Positions 1 through 9,453 of a DNA stretch of 57,794 nt are shown one piece after another. Position 1 is the stretch's first letter; the number at the start of each line of letters is the position of its first letter. The notes beneath the pieces were generated by a model. It did no database searches and was not told the DNA's origin. It saw only the letters and a program-made list of their open reading frames with translations. Origin of the DNA: Actinomycetota bacterium (GTDB lineage: Bacteria > Actinomycetota > Acidimicrobiia > Acidimicrobiales > Ilumatobacteraceae); contig WLMQ01000001.1 in NCBI GenBank assembly GCA_009700145.1, forward strand, positions 1 to 57,794, given 5' to 3'. The position numbers and the translations under genes are program-made.

Positions 1-1
1 A

Positions 2-394
2 GACCGACCAGATCAAAGTGTTTTAGCTCTCGACACTGCAGCGCGCATCATGGAGACTCCACGAGATGAGCGAACTGAGGCGACCTGCGAATTAGTTCGT
101 GACATGCTCGAAGCCGATTGGTGCACCGTTGTGCCGAACGGAGCGCAATCACCGCTTGCCGTTTCAGGAGATGTTCCTGACCTGCCATGGGTGATGGCTT
201 TCTTGGGTGGCATTAGTCATCTTGCGAGCGATGTAGAACACGAACATACGCCAGCCGATGTGGCGTGGGCACCTCTTGATTTACTTGATGCCGGAGTTGT
301 TGTCGGACGCCAACGCGGGGCATTTCGATTACGCGAACGTCAACATCTCACCTTGATTGCGCGCATTGTGAGTTCTGCGTTAGCAAGCAGTTAG
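2..394 (+). CDS. GAF-like domain protein, probably the 3' part of a CDS entering from the left edge (or a 114-aa ORF from the ATG at 50)
   Basis: The reading frame is open from position 2, with no stop upstream of the ATG at 50. LVRDMLEADWCTVV...VVVGRQRGAFRLRERQHLTLIARIV looks like the C-terminal half of a GAF-type fold. This is a by-eye call only. Confidence 0.35.
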   Translation, partial: DRPDQSVLALDTAARIMETPRDERTEATCELVRDMLEADWCTVVPNGAQSPLAVSGDVPDLPWVMAFLGGISHLASDVEHEHTPADVAWAPLDLLDAGVVVGRQRGAFRLRERQHLTLIARIVSSALASS

Positions 395-404
395 TCGCCA
401 GTAG

Positions 405-1925
405 TTAATCGTCAGTAGTTGATTGCGAATGTTCAGCCCAGTCACGTGATCGGGTCACTGCATTCAGCCACGTTGAATGCAGGGCATCAGCGAAGATTCT
501 TTCAATTGACTCTGGTTCATGCGGGGTGACGACAACGTCACACACCCAACGTTCGCTGAGCGCATCAAGTGACGGCCAGACATTCTCGGCGAGTCCTGCC
601 AGAAAGGCTGCTCCGAGCGCCGTCGTTTCTTGATCAACCGGTCGACAAACCGTGATTCCCAGTTGATCGGCTTGTAACTCAAGCAGGAGATTCATGACCG
701 AGGCTCCACCGTCAACGCGTAATTCGGCTATGCGAGTACCACTTGCAAGTTGCATGGCCTCAACAGCGTCCCGTGTTTGCAGAGCCATGGCTTCGACGAC
801 AGCCCGCGCAATATGGGCCCGGTTGGTGCCGCGAGTAATGCCGATCAGCGTTCCGCGAGCATAAGGATCCCACCACGGACTTCCGAGGCCAGTGAATGCG
901 GGGACTAGGTAAACCCTACCGTTATCGCTCACCGATTCGGCGAGAGGTCCGATTTCGGACGAGGAGGAAATGATTCCAAGTCCATCGCGCAGCCACTGAA
1001 CTGCTGCACCGGTGACGAAGATTGCTCCTTCAAGCGCGTATGCAGTCGTCACCGTGCCATCAGAGTGGGAGATGCTCCAAGCGACCGTGGTGAGCAGTCC
1101 TGGAGTTGGTTCGGGGCATTGTGAACCAACATTCATCAAGATGAAGCTTCCGGTGCCGTAGGTATTTTTGGCCATCCCCGTTGAAAAACAGGTCTGTCCG
1201 AAAAGAGCTGCTTGTTGATCGCCAGCAATTCCAGAAATCGGAATGCCCATGGGCAATTCGGGTGCTGCAGTTATTCCGAATCGACCGCTTGATGGAAGAA
1301 CTTTGGGGAGAAAAGTTACAGGTACGCCAAGTAGTTCGCTCATCGTTGTACTCCACTCCAACGTGCGAATGTCAAACAGCATTGTGCGACTGGCATTTGA
1401 GGGATCAGTTGCGAATACTTGTCCGTGCGTGAGTTTCCAGAGAATCCAACTGTCAACAGTGGCAAGTGCGAGATCGGGCGAAGTGGGAACTCCGTGAGCA
1501 AGCATCCAAGCCATTTTTGTACCGGAGAAATATGGATCAAGTACAAGACCCGTGATTGACCGGACAGTTTCTAGATGACCATTGGCGGCGAGTTGTTCGC
1601 ACATGGGAGCGGTGCGTCGGTCTTGCCACACGATTGCTCGGCCGTAGACCTCGCCTGTTGAGCGATTCCATGCAACGACTGTCTCACGCTGATTGGTGAT
1701 TCCGATAGCAGCAGGAGCCCCAATTTTGCTGACAACTTCATTGAATGTTTCAACAACTGCTCGCCAAATTTCTTCCGCGTCGTGTTCAACCCATCCTGGT
1801 TCAGGGAAGTGTTGCGTAAATTCACGATACGCGGCAACGACTTCTTGGTCATCGACAAATACGGCCCGGCACCGCACGCCGGTCGTGCCGGCATCAATGG
1901 CCATGACGTACGGCGAGGTACTCAT
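405..1925 (-). CDS. glpK: glycerol kinase
   Basis: 506-aa ORF with FGGY-kinase signatures MAIDAGTTGVR, GITNQRETVVAWNRSTGEVYGRAIVWQDRRT and GDQQAALFGQ. Length is typical of GlpK. Confidence 0.9.
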   Translation of the reverse strand: MSTSPYVMAIDAGTTGVRCRAVFVDDQEVVAAYREFTQHFPEPGWVEHDAEEIWRAVVETFNEVVSKIGAPAAIGITNQRETVVAWNRSTGEVYGRAIVWQDRRTAPMCEQLAANGHLETVRSITGLVLDPYFSGTKMAWMLAHGVPTSPDLALATVDSWILWKLTHGQVFATDPSNASRTMLFDIRTLEWSTTMSELLGVPVTFLPKVLPSSGRFGITAAPELPMGIPISGIAGDQQAALFGQTCFSTGMAKNTYGTGSFILMNVGSQCPEPTPGLLTTVAWSISHSDGTVTTAYALEGAIFVTGAAVQWLRDGLGIISSSSEIGPLAESVSDNGRVYLVPAFTGLGSPWWDPYARGTLIGITRGTNRAHIARAVVEAMALQTRDAVEAMQLASGTRIAELRVDGGASVMNLLLELQADQLGITVCRPVDQETTALGAAFLAGLAENVWPSLDALSERWVCDVVVTPHEPESIERIFADALHSTWLNAVTRSRDWAEHSQSTTDD

Positions 1926-1927
1926 GG

Positions 1928-2302
1928 TTATCGCTTTTTGCGCTTGTTTGAACGATGTTGCGTCGGGCCAGTTGACGTGCGACTCGTCGGGGCAGGTCGT
2001 GTACGGCTTGAGGTTGCATTTGGGGTGTCGCCACTGCTTGATGCTTTTCTACTGGCACGAGGCGAGCGCACCGGAGTTTGACGACGTAGATCGCTGAGTG
2101 TCTTGCGCTGGTAGCCCATTTTTGCGAGCGCTCCACCAAAGATGAGATACATCGGGAATGAGGCAGCAAGACCTGCTACTGATCCGGCTGACACATTGTC
2201 TTGAAGGAAAATCAAAAACACCGCAGCCATCACAACCGCATAAACAACCCACTCCCGAGTGAGTCGTCCCCAGTTGACCGTTCTTGTTGAATCCCAAGCC
2301 AT
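1928..2302 (-). CDS. small membrane protein with a basic Ser/Thr/Arg-rich C-terminal tail (hypothetical)
   Basis: 124-aa ORF ending 2 nt before the glpK start on the same strand. It has two hydrophobic segments (WVVYAVVMAAVFLIFL and GLAASFPMYLIFGGAL) followed by RRQTPVRSPRASRKASSS...HRSNKRKKR. I recognise no family. Confidence 0.45.
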   Translation of the reverse strand: MAWDSTRTVNWGRLTREWVVYAVVMAAVFLIFLQDNVSAGSVAGLAASFPMYLIFGGALAKMGYQRKTLSDLRRQTPVRSPRASRKASSSGDTPNATSSRTRPAPTSRTSTGPTQHRSNKRKKR

Positions 2303-2333
2303 CCCTGCATTGTTTCATGCCTAGGCTGATCAC

Positions 2334-3368
2334 ATGCGCATCGGAATCATGACAGGTGGCGGAGATTGCCCAGGATTGAACGCGGTGATCCGAGCAGTTG
2401 TCCGTAAAGGTATTGCCACCTACAACGACGAATTTTTGGGATTTCTCGATTCGTGGGATGGGGTCATGGAGCAACGTTATATTTCGTTGCACAAAAGTGA
2501 TGTTCGAGGACTCTTGCCGCGAGGGGGAACGATCTTGGGTACCCGTCGCGGTAGCCCGTTTGACACCACTGATGGAATTGATCTGGTTCGGAAATGCTTT
2601 ACCGAACAAAAACTTGATGGGCTCATAGTCATCGGTGGAAATGGATCGTTGACGGTGGCATCGTTGATCTTCGAACAAACTGGACTGCCCATGATTGGTG
2701 TTCCGAAAACCATTGATAACGATGTTTTTGGAACCGATCTCACATTTGGGTTTCACACAGCAGTTCAAATTGCCACCGATGCAATTGATCGCCTGCATAC
2801 AACCGCCGAAAGCCACGACCGAGTCATGGTCGTTGAACTCATGGGACGAGACACTGGGTGGATTGCGTTGTACGCCGGTATTGCGGGTGGAGCAACGGTG
2901 ATTCTGGTTCCAGAAGAACCCTTTGACATCGGCAAAGTTTGCGAACAAGTTGCCAACCGCCACAGGGGAGGACGGTATGCGTCAATTGTGGTCGTTGCAG
3001 AAGGTGCTCAACCAATACCGGGAACGATGAAGTTGCCCGAATATGAGCATGACCAAATTGGACGACCGCGATACGGCGGAATTTGCGCAACGATCGCTCA
3101 AGAAATTGAATCTCACACCGGCTACGAATCGCGAGTTGTGCAGATTGGCCATGTTCAGCGCGGCGGTACGCCGACTGCATACGACCGGATTCTGTCGACT
3201 CGTTTTGGTCTTGCAGCTGTTGATGCGCTGCACAACGGTGCAGTTGGCCATATGGTCGCATTGCGTTCTTCTCAGGTCACAACGGTGCCATTGAGTGAAG
3301 TTGTCAATAAGGAGCGTCCGATTGACATGAATCTCTTCCACGAAATCGCTTCTGTGTTCTTTGGCTAA
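2334..3368 (+). CDS. pfkA: 6-phosphofructokinase (ATP- or PPi-dependent; donor not resolvable by eye)
   Basis: 344 aa with MRIGIMTGGGDCPGLNAVIRAVV, IVIGGNGSLT, GVPKTIDNDV and MGRDTGWIAL, all PFK-family motifs. Confidence 0.85.
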   Translation: MRIGIMTGGGDCPGLNAVIRAVVRKGIATYNDEFLGFLDSWDGVMEQRYISLHKSDVRGLLPRGGTILGTRRGSPFDTTDGIDLVRKCFTEQKLDGLIVIGGNGSLTVASLIFEQTGLPMIGVPKTIDNDVFGTDLTFGFHTAVQIATDAIDRLHTTAESHDRVMVVELMGRDTGWIALYAGIAGGATVILVPEEPFDIGKVCEQVANRHRGGRYASIVVVAEGAQPIPGTMKLPEYEHDQIGRPRYGGICATIAQEIESHTGYESRVVQIGHVQRGGTPTAYDRILSTRFGLAAVDALHNGAVGHMVALRSSQVTTVPLSEVVNKERPIDMNLFHEIASVFFG

Positions 3369-3381
3369 TGCTCGAGACTGA

Positions 3382-4011
3382 TTATCTGTTGAGCGTATTC
3401 ACAATGGCCGGAAAAGCTGGTTGGCTGCTGATAGCGCGACCTGGAAAGTCATAAGCAGTTAAGGGTTGCGACGTCAGCGATCCGTCGCCTTTTGGCCATT
3501 CATTGACCTGTCCGTTCACAACAATGATGACTCGTTCGATGCCAGAGATGTCGCACAGGGTGAGAACAATCTGGGTGACTGATGAGACAAGATCATCACC
3601 CGTGGCTTTGAAGATTTCATTAGTGAGATCAACCTTCACCAAATCACTGGCAACGTAACGGGCAGATAGCACTTCTGTAGATGCGGGGATAGCACTGCGA
3701 AGTCCAGCTTCCTGTTCGGCTTTGGTGGGGCCACTGAGCAGAACTTGGACAATGTCGAAAGGATCGCTCGAGATATTGCGCCGTACTCCAGTCAGCACAG
3801 AGCCGCCAGTACTTTCGGAGCGTTGCAAGTAGACACGTCCGAATCCGGCGTCCACCTCATTGGAAGAAGTCGCCTCATTCAAATTCTGTTGCTGTGACTC
3901 GGGAATCATTTGTGGTTGACTCTCGGGTCCGAATGAGCAGCCAGCAACCATTGCAGTGAAAAGTGCAGTACCGATCGTGGTTCGGACGAACATGAATTTT
4001 CTCGGGTTCAT
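3382..4011 (-). CDS. lipoprotein with a GerMN-like domain, in the LpqB position downstream of mtrB but much shorter
   Basis: 209 aa with a signal peptide and lipobox (FTAMVAGCSF). It starts 2 nt after the mtrB stop. The body (VYLQR...LLSGPT..E...GLRSAIP....L....V....V.VDL) resembles a GerMN / LpqB middle domain. Confidence 0.6.
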   Translation of the reverse strand: MNPRKFMFVRTTIGTALFTAMVAGCSFGPESQPQMIPESQQQNLNEATSSNEVDAGFGRVYLQRSESTGGSVLTGVRRNISSDPFDIVQVLLSGPTKAEQEAGLRSAIPASTEVLSARYVASDLVKVDLTNEIFKATGDDLVSSVTQIVLTLCDISGIERVIIVVNGQVNEWPKGDGSLTSQPLTAYDFPGRAISSQPAFPAIVNTLNR

Positions 4012-4013
4012 CG

Positions 4014-5483
4014 TTACACCCGCTCCGCTGGTAACTCAATGATGAAGCAGGCGCCATCTAGACCGTCAAGACGATCTTCAACCCACACCCGTCCGCGGTG
4101 CAGTTTGATGTGTTCATCGACTAGTGCGAGCCCGAGTCCGGCACCTTCGGACCCACTACGCCGCCCAGCAATTGACCCGCGCGCAAACCGTTCAAAGATG
4201 AGATCTCTTTCATCCGGGGGAACACCAGGGCCATGATCTTCGACGGTGATCCAAATTTGTGAGGGAGGATCTTCGTCATCGGGGACAAACACCGATACCT
4301 CAAGTTCGCCACCGCCGTATGCCCTGCCATTATCAATGAGGTTGGCGACAACTCGGGCGAGGCGGCGACGGTCTCCCTTGATCATCATTTCTTCGGCGAT
4401 TTCGGCAACCAGAATTCGTGTGTCTGGGGCGCTACTAATAGCGACCGCTTGACGCACAAATTCGCCGACAAGTAATTCATCAACATTGAGTCGAATTCCG
4501 CCAGCATCAAAACGTGAAATTTCTAGTAAGTCCTCGACGAGACCTTGAAACCGGGAAACATCGGCAACGAGCAGATCGAGAGCCGCTTGGGCACGTTCTG
4601 GCATTTCATCGCGGCGTGCTTGCATGACTTCGACCGACGCGGCGAGAGTCATCAGCGGAGATCGCAATTCATGACTGACGTCCGACGTGAAACGAGTGTC
4701 ACGTTCAACGCGCAACTGCAATGCACTCGCCATGTCGTTGAATGAAGACGTGAGTACTGCAAGATCGGGGTCTTCGGTTTCTGCAAGACGCGTATCAAGT
4801 CGTCCGCCGGCGATGGCCTGTGCAGCCTGACTGGCGGCGGTCAGTGGTCGAACGGCCCGTGAAGCTGCGATGGCTCCAAGGACTACGCCGAGAAGTGTTG
4901 TGATACCGGCGGCGAGAATGAGAGCAAGGTTGACGCTGTTCAGCGTTGAACGCACGTCATCAACTGAAGGGAATTCGAAATAGATTGCGTCAGCTGAATC
5001 AATCGGGACTCCGACGGCGAGCACCAATTCGTTTTCAACCTCAATCCGCATTGTTGTTGGTTGACGATTTTGTAGGACTGCATTCAGCAATGAAGGTGGG
5101 ATAACAGACGACGAAAACCGTGCGTCATTTCCCGTCCAAGTGCCACGAAAATAAACCAGTGGACGATCGGCCCCAAGTCTCTCGAGCACAGTTTGGATGT
5201 TGGTTGGATTTGATTGGAGGTCAACAGCGAGGCGCGATGCATCGGCGTACGTTTGATTAATTGCGCTTCCCGTTCGTTCGTCTACCAAATTAGAACGGGT
5301 GAAATTAAAAGTCGCAAGCGCCAAGAAGAGCGACAACGCCAAACTGCCGAGGCCAAAAGTTAAAAGAATTCGACTACGTAATCCCATAGGGCGTATACGC
5401 CAACGGCGAGATGGACCATCTGATTTCATGGAACGAGCCTTGGGTGCCGGCGGCTCGATCATGTCTGGCTCGATTGTCACCAA
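4014..5483 (-). CDS. mtrB: sensor histidine kinase MtrB
   Basis: 489 aa with two TM segments, a HAMP-like linker, H-box SHELRSPL, and N/G boxes (DNGRAYG, DHGPGV, GAGLGLALV). It lies immediately downstream of the OmpR-type regulator. The start codon is uncertain (TTG 5483, GTG 5480 or ATG 5462). Confidence 0.8.
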   Translation of the reverse strand: MVTIEPDMIEPPAPKARSMKSDGPSRRWRIRPMGLRSRILLTFGLGSLALSLFLALATFNFTRSNLVDERTGSAINQTYADASRLAVDLQSNPTNIQTVLERLGADRPLVYFRGTWTGNDARFSSSVIPPSLLNAVLQNRQPTTMRIEVENELVLAVGVPIDSADAIYFEFPSVDDVRSTLNSVNLALILAAGITTLLGVVLGAIAASRAVRPLTAASQAAQAIAGGRLDTRLAETEDPDLAVLTSSFNDMASALQLRVERDTRFTSDVSHELRSPLMTLAASVEVMQARRDEMPERAQAALDLLVADVSRFQGLVEDLLEISRFDAGGIRLNVDELLVGEFVRQAVAISSAPDTRILVAEIAEEMMIKGDRRRLARVVANLIDNGRAYGGGELEVSVFVPDDEDPPSQIWITVEDHGPGVPPDERDLIFERFARGSIAGRRSGSEGAGLGLALVDEHIKLHRGRVWVEDRLDGLDGACFIIELPAERV

Positions 5484-5486
5484 GTA

Positions 5487-6167
5487 TCAAGCCTGTAAAC
5501 GGTAACCAAGGCCACGTACCGTCACGACGTGACGCGGGTTGGCAGAATCACTTTCAACTTTTGTGCGAAGTCGCCGGATATGAACATCGACAAGACGTCC
5601 ATCGCCAAAGTATCCGTAACCCCATACATGATCGAGCAGATGTTCGCGACTAAAAACTCGTCCGGGGTTTTGTGCCAGTTCACATAACAATCTGAATTCT
5701 GTTTTTGTCAAATGAAGTTCGGTGCCCGAGCGCAAAACTTTGCCTTCGTCGGGAATGATCTCGAGGTCGCCAAAGATGAGTTTTGGGTGAGCGGGATGCG
5801 CGGGACGGGCTCGGCGCAATAAGGCTCGAATTCTTGCCGAGAGTTCTTTGGGTGCAAATGGCTTGGTGAGGTAATCGTCCGCTCCGGCTTCAAGACCGGC
5901 GACAACATCGTGAGTGTCGGCTCGAGCGGTCACCATCACGATCGGAACATCGCTGGATCGACGAATGGTGCGACATAATTCGAAACCGTCTATGCCAGGC
6001 AGCATGATGTCGATGAGGACGACATCAGCGGGCTGACGGAGGAATAAAAGTGCAGCTTCTTCGCCACTTGCGGCTTCGTCGACGGTCCAGCCTTCGTCTT
6101 CGAGCGCCAACTTGACCGCGGCACGAATTCGTTCATCATCTTCAACAGCAAGGATTCTTGTACCCAC
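5487..6167 (-). CDS. mtrA: OmpR-family response regulator MtrA
   Basis: 226 aa with a receiver domain (ILAVEDDERI, VVLIDIMLPGIDG, MVTARAD, KPF) and a winged-helix output (LTKTEFRLLCELA...VDVHIRRLRTKVE...VVTVRGLGYR). Confidence 0.88.
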   Translation of the reverse strand: MGTRILAVEDDERIRAAVKLALEDEGWTVDEAASGEEAALLFLRQPADVVLIDIMLPGIDGFELCRTIRRSSDVPIVMVTARADTHDVVAGLEAGADDYLTKPFAPKELSARIRALLRRARPAHPAHPKLIFGDLEIIPDEGKVLRSGTELHLTKTEFRLLCELAQNPGRVFSREHLLDHVWGYGYFGDGRLVDVHIRRLRTKVESDSANPRHVVTVRGLGYRLQA

Positions 6168-6231
6168 GTCTACATCTTGCCCTATGGCAGGGCTGCGGCG
6201 GGGACAAGCGTGACGATTCTTTGAGATCGGG

Positions 6232-7005
6232 TCACAAAGATGACACCAGCGACGAATGAATTCGGGGAGTCGTCACTAAGACTTCTGAAGGAACGATTGG
6301 CCCACCCGAAAAGTTAGAAACTGTGGCTCCAGCCTCTGAAGCGATCAATTGACCCGCGGCGAGGTCCCAGGGTTGAAGGCCTTCCTCAAAGTACGCATCA
6401 ATTCGTCCACACGCGACAAAACACAGATCGGCGGCAGCGGCCCCGCAACGGCGAATATCGCGAACTTGCGGCAATAACCGCGCGACTCGTTGACCCTGGG
6501 CGTCGCGTCGAGTTGAGTTGTAGGAAAACCCGGTTGCAATGAGTGCAGTTTCTATTGATTCACAATTTGAGACGTGCAGTGGAGTTGAACCGAGCCACGC
6601 CCCGTGTCCTTTTGCGGCGACAAAGAGTTCGCGTGTCGCCGGCAGAAATACTGCCGCGGCCACTGGATCGGTTCCGAGACAAGCAGCAATTGAAACTGCA
6701 TACCCACTTAAGTTGTAGAGAAAGTTTGTCGTCCCATCAATTGGATCGACAAACCATGTCAACGGTGACGTGCCCTTGATTTGAGTTCCCTCTTCTCCGA
6801 CAATCGAATCATTCGGGCGCAGTTGCCCAAGTTGTTTCAAGATGAGTTGTTCACTTGCCGTGTCCCACTGGGTCACCATGTCGGTTGCCGATGATTTTGT
6901 TTGAACGTTGCCTGCGCCGTTGCGACGACCGACAAACACCAAATCGCCAGCGTTGCGAGCAATGCGGGCCGCGACATTCATTAAGGCGACGTAATCGTCA
7001 TTCAT
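6232..7005 (-). CDS. inositol monophosphatase family protein (SuhB/ImpA/HisN-like)
   Basis: IMPase motifs EEG, WFVDPIDGTTNFLY and WDLAAG. I prefer the start at the ATG at 7005 (MNDDYVALMNVAARIA), which forms an ATGA overlap with the stop of the upstream small ORF. The ORF track extends it to 7032. Confidence 0.85.
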   Translation of the reverse strand: MNDDYVALMNVAARIARNAGDLVFVGRRNGAGNVQTKSSATDMVTQWDTASEQLILKQLGQLRPNDSIVGEEGTQIKGTSPLTWFVDPIDGTTNFLYNLSGYAVSIAACLGTDPVAAAVFLPATRELFVAAKGHGAWLGSTPLHVSNCESIETALIATGFSYNSTRRDAQGQRVARLLPQVRDIRRCGAAAADLCFVACGRIDAYFEEGLQPWDLAAGQLIASEAGATVSNFSGGPIVPSEVLVTTPRIHSSLVSSL

Positions 7006-7313
7006 GAATCGCGGTCTCCGATATCGCGCCATTCGCCAGTCGCTCGCAAAACAAGGACTGCAATGATTGCCGTTCCGCCAGCGGCCACAATTGCGCCGAT
7101 CACGAGCCCAAGCCCAAGGGGTGTTGCGCTGGCGCCATCGTATTGAATGTCGACAAGCGTGTAGCCGATCAGTGCTCCGCCTAGACCCCCGAGAAGTATC
7201 GAAACAAAGGCCATGATTCGCGCCAAAGGCGATGGCAGGGCCGAGAGTGGACGTTCATTGGTCACGTCTACATCGTAGGCTCGTGAGGTGATCCAAGGTT
7301 CGGTTGACGACAA
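7002..7313 (-). CDS. small two-TM membrane protein (hypothetical)
   Basis: 103-aa ORF with hydrophobic segments IMAFVSILLGGLGGALIGYTLV and LGLGLVIGAIVAAGGTAIIAVLVL. Its stop overlaps the IMPase start (ATGA). The true start may be the internal Met at 7214, since 7288-7313 would otherwise overlap the divergent ppm1 start. Confidence 0.4.
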   Translation of the reverse strand: MSSTEPWITSRAYDVDVTNERPLSALPSPLARIMAFVSILLGGLGGALIGYTLVDIQYDGASATPLGLGLVIGAIVAAGGTAIIAVLVLRATGEWRDIGDRDS

Positions 7314-8070
7314 AGTTCTCCCAGTGCGGCGCGTGGTTGTGGTGATACCGACTTATAACGAAGTAGGAAATATCGCTCAAGTCATTGCTGGGGTAATGGC
7401 GGCATTGCCTGATGCGTCCATTTTGGTCGTTGATGACAACAGTCCCGACGGAACTGCAGATCTTGTCGACAAGATCGCGACCGAACTTCCCGCGAACTTT
7501 CCCGGGTTTGTGAAAGTCCATCGGCGACAAAACAAGGCCGGACTCGGCGCTGCGTATCGAGATGGTTTTGCCGTTGCCCTTGAATTGGGCGCAACGATTT
7601 GTGTGCAGATGGATGCCGACCTCTCGCATAACCCCATGTATTTGCCGGCCATCGTTTCGGTCGTTGATATGGAAGCGGACGCAGCGCTTGGCAGTCGGTA
7701 CATCCCAGGTGGTCGAATTGAGAACTGGCCACCATTGAGACACTTCTTGTCCCGTTGGGGAAACCGATTTGCCGCTGGCATGTTGGGTCTTGCGATCAAC
7801 GACGCGACCAGTGGGTACCGCGCTTATTCACGATCAATTCTGGAGCGTATGGACTTTGCAAGTGTTCAAGCCGAGGGTTACGGCTTCCAAGTCGAGATGT
7901 CGCATCGTGCAGTTCGATGCGGTGGTCGCATCGTAGAAGTCCCGATTCTGTTCACCGATCGAGTTGTTGGTGAATCAAAGTTGACGCACCACATCATCGG
8001 AGAGGCGTTCGGTCTTGTCGTGAAGTTGTGGTTTACAGATCGAGTTTTGCGACGTATTCAACGACGATGA
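7288..8070 (+). CDS. ppm1: polyprenol-phosphate mannose synthase (GT2, Ppm1/Dpm1-like catalytic domain)
   Basis: 260 aa with VVVIPTYNEVGNI, VVDDNSPDGT, VQMDADLSH and SGYRAY, the GT2 dolichyl/polyprenyl-phosphate mannosyltransferase pattern. Start is GTG 7288, possibly GTG 7324. Confidence 0.8.
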   Translation: MIQGSVDDKVLPVRRVVVVIPTYNEVGNIAQVIAGVMAALPDASILVVDDNSPDGTADLVDKIATELPANFPGFVKVHRRQNKAGLGAAYRDGFAVALELGATICVQMDADLSHNPMYLPAIVSVVDMEADAALGSRYIPGGRIENWPPLRHFLSRWGNRFAAGMLGLAINDATSGYRAYSRSILERMDFASVQAEGYGFQVEMSHRAVRCGGRIVEVPILFTDRVVGESKLTHHIIGEAFGLVVKLWFTDRVLRRIQRR

Positions 8071-8088
8071 TCGAACGGCGATTGCATC

Positions 8089-9399
8089 ATGACTGAACAT
8101 CGCACGATTTTGCACGTCGATATGGATGCATTCTTCGTTTCGGTTGAAATGAGACGGCATCCTGAATTAGTCGGCCAGCCAGTTGTCGTTGGCGGAGCTG
8201 GTTCTCGCGGAGTGGTCGCGGCCGCAAATTACGAGGCGCGTCGCTACGGGGTTTTCTCGGCTATGTCGTCATCGAAAGCTCGGCAACTGTGTCCGCAAGC
8301 GGTCTTTTTGTCGGGCGACTATGCCGAGTATTCAAAAGTCAGCAAACAAGTGCACACGATTTTTGGGCAGTTCACTCCGTTTATTGAACCAATCGCCCTT
8401 GATGAAGCTTTCCTTGACGTGACGGGTTCGATCAATCTCTTCGGTGATGGCACGGCGATCGGTTGGAAGATTAAAGAACAAATACAGAACGAACTTGAAT
8501 TGCCGTGTTCGGTTGGAGTTGCCACATCTAAGTTCATCGCCAAGTTGGCTTCAAAAAAGGCTAAGCCGATTCCGACGAGCGGTGGGATCAAAGCAGGACA
8601 CGGGGTTTTGCTGATTGTCCCGGGCGAAGAACTGGCCTTTTTGCATCCTTTGCCGGTGCAGTCGTTGTGGGGAGTAGGTCCGGCAACTTTGGCGAAACTT
8701 GATCGCCTCGGCGTGCGGTTAGTCGGCGATCTGGTTGCGCTTGGAGAAGAAACTCTCATTCGGGCTGTCGGCAAAGCCCATGGGCGTCATCTGTTCGCAC
8801 TCGCCAACGGAATTGATGATCGATCAGTCCAAACAGTACGTGACCTGAAGTCAATCGGTCATGAAGAAACCTTTTCCCATGACATCACCGATCGTGTGGC
8901 AATGCGGCGTGAAATTGTTCGGCTAACCGATGCAGTGTCGTCACGATTGCGCGCTCATGAGAGTGCGGCGCGAACTCTCACTCTCAAAATTCGATATTCG
9001 AATTTTGAGACGATTACTCGATCAATTACTCCGGGTAGTCCATTGGCTAGTGCCCCAGCGATGGTGAAAGCACTTGATCCGTTGCTTGAAAAGATTGATC
9101 CAACAATTGGTATCCGCTTGATTGGTGTCAGCGTGTCGGGATTTGTTGAACCCGTCGAGCAATTGTCACTGCTTAATTTCGGGGGTGACGGGAGTGATCA
9201 ATCGGTGTCCGATGGTCGCACGACCGCCGATCTTGAACGAGATTGGAGTCCGGCCAGTCAAGCAGTTGATGAGATCCGAGAAAAGTTTGGACGAGATGCG
9301 ATTAGCCCAGCAAGTTCAATCACTGTCACTGGTCGACGCGAATTAGGGCAATCACCATGGGGTCCGAGTGAAGAAAAACCAGGGGATGCTTTGCCTTAG
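8089..9399 (+). CDS. dinB: DNA polymerase IV (Y-family)
   Basis: 436 aa with ILHVDMDAFFVSVE, ANYEARRYGV, IEPIALDEAFLDVTG and SVGVATSKFIAKLAS. Confidence 0.9.
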   Translation: MTEHRTILHVDMDAFFVSVEMRRHPELVGQPVVVGGAGSRGVVAAANYEARRYGVFSAMSSSKARQLCPQAVFLSGDYAEYSKVSKQVHTIFGQFTPFIEPIALDEAFLDVTGSINLFGDGTAIGWKIKEQIQNELELPCSVGVATSKFIAKLASKKAKPIPTSGGIKAGHGVLLIVPGEELAFLHPLPVQSLWGVGPATLAKLDRLGVRLVGDLVALGEETLIRAVGKAHGRHLFALANGIDDRSVQTVRDLKSIGHEETFSHDITDRVAMRREIVRLTDAVSSRLRAHESAARTLTLKIRYSNFETITRSITPGSPLASAPAMVKALDPLLEKIDPTIGIRLIGVSVSGFVEPVEQLSLLNFGGDGSDQSVSDGRTTADLERDWSPASQAVDEIREKFGRDAISPASSITVTGRRELGQSPWGPSEEKPGDALP

Positions 9400-9453
9400 G
9401 TCGTTCAGTCTGTGAGACTATAAATCAACCCGTGAAAGCAGGAGGTGAGACCC

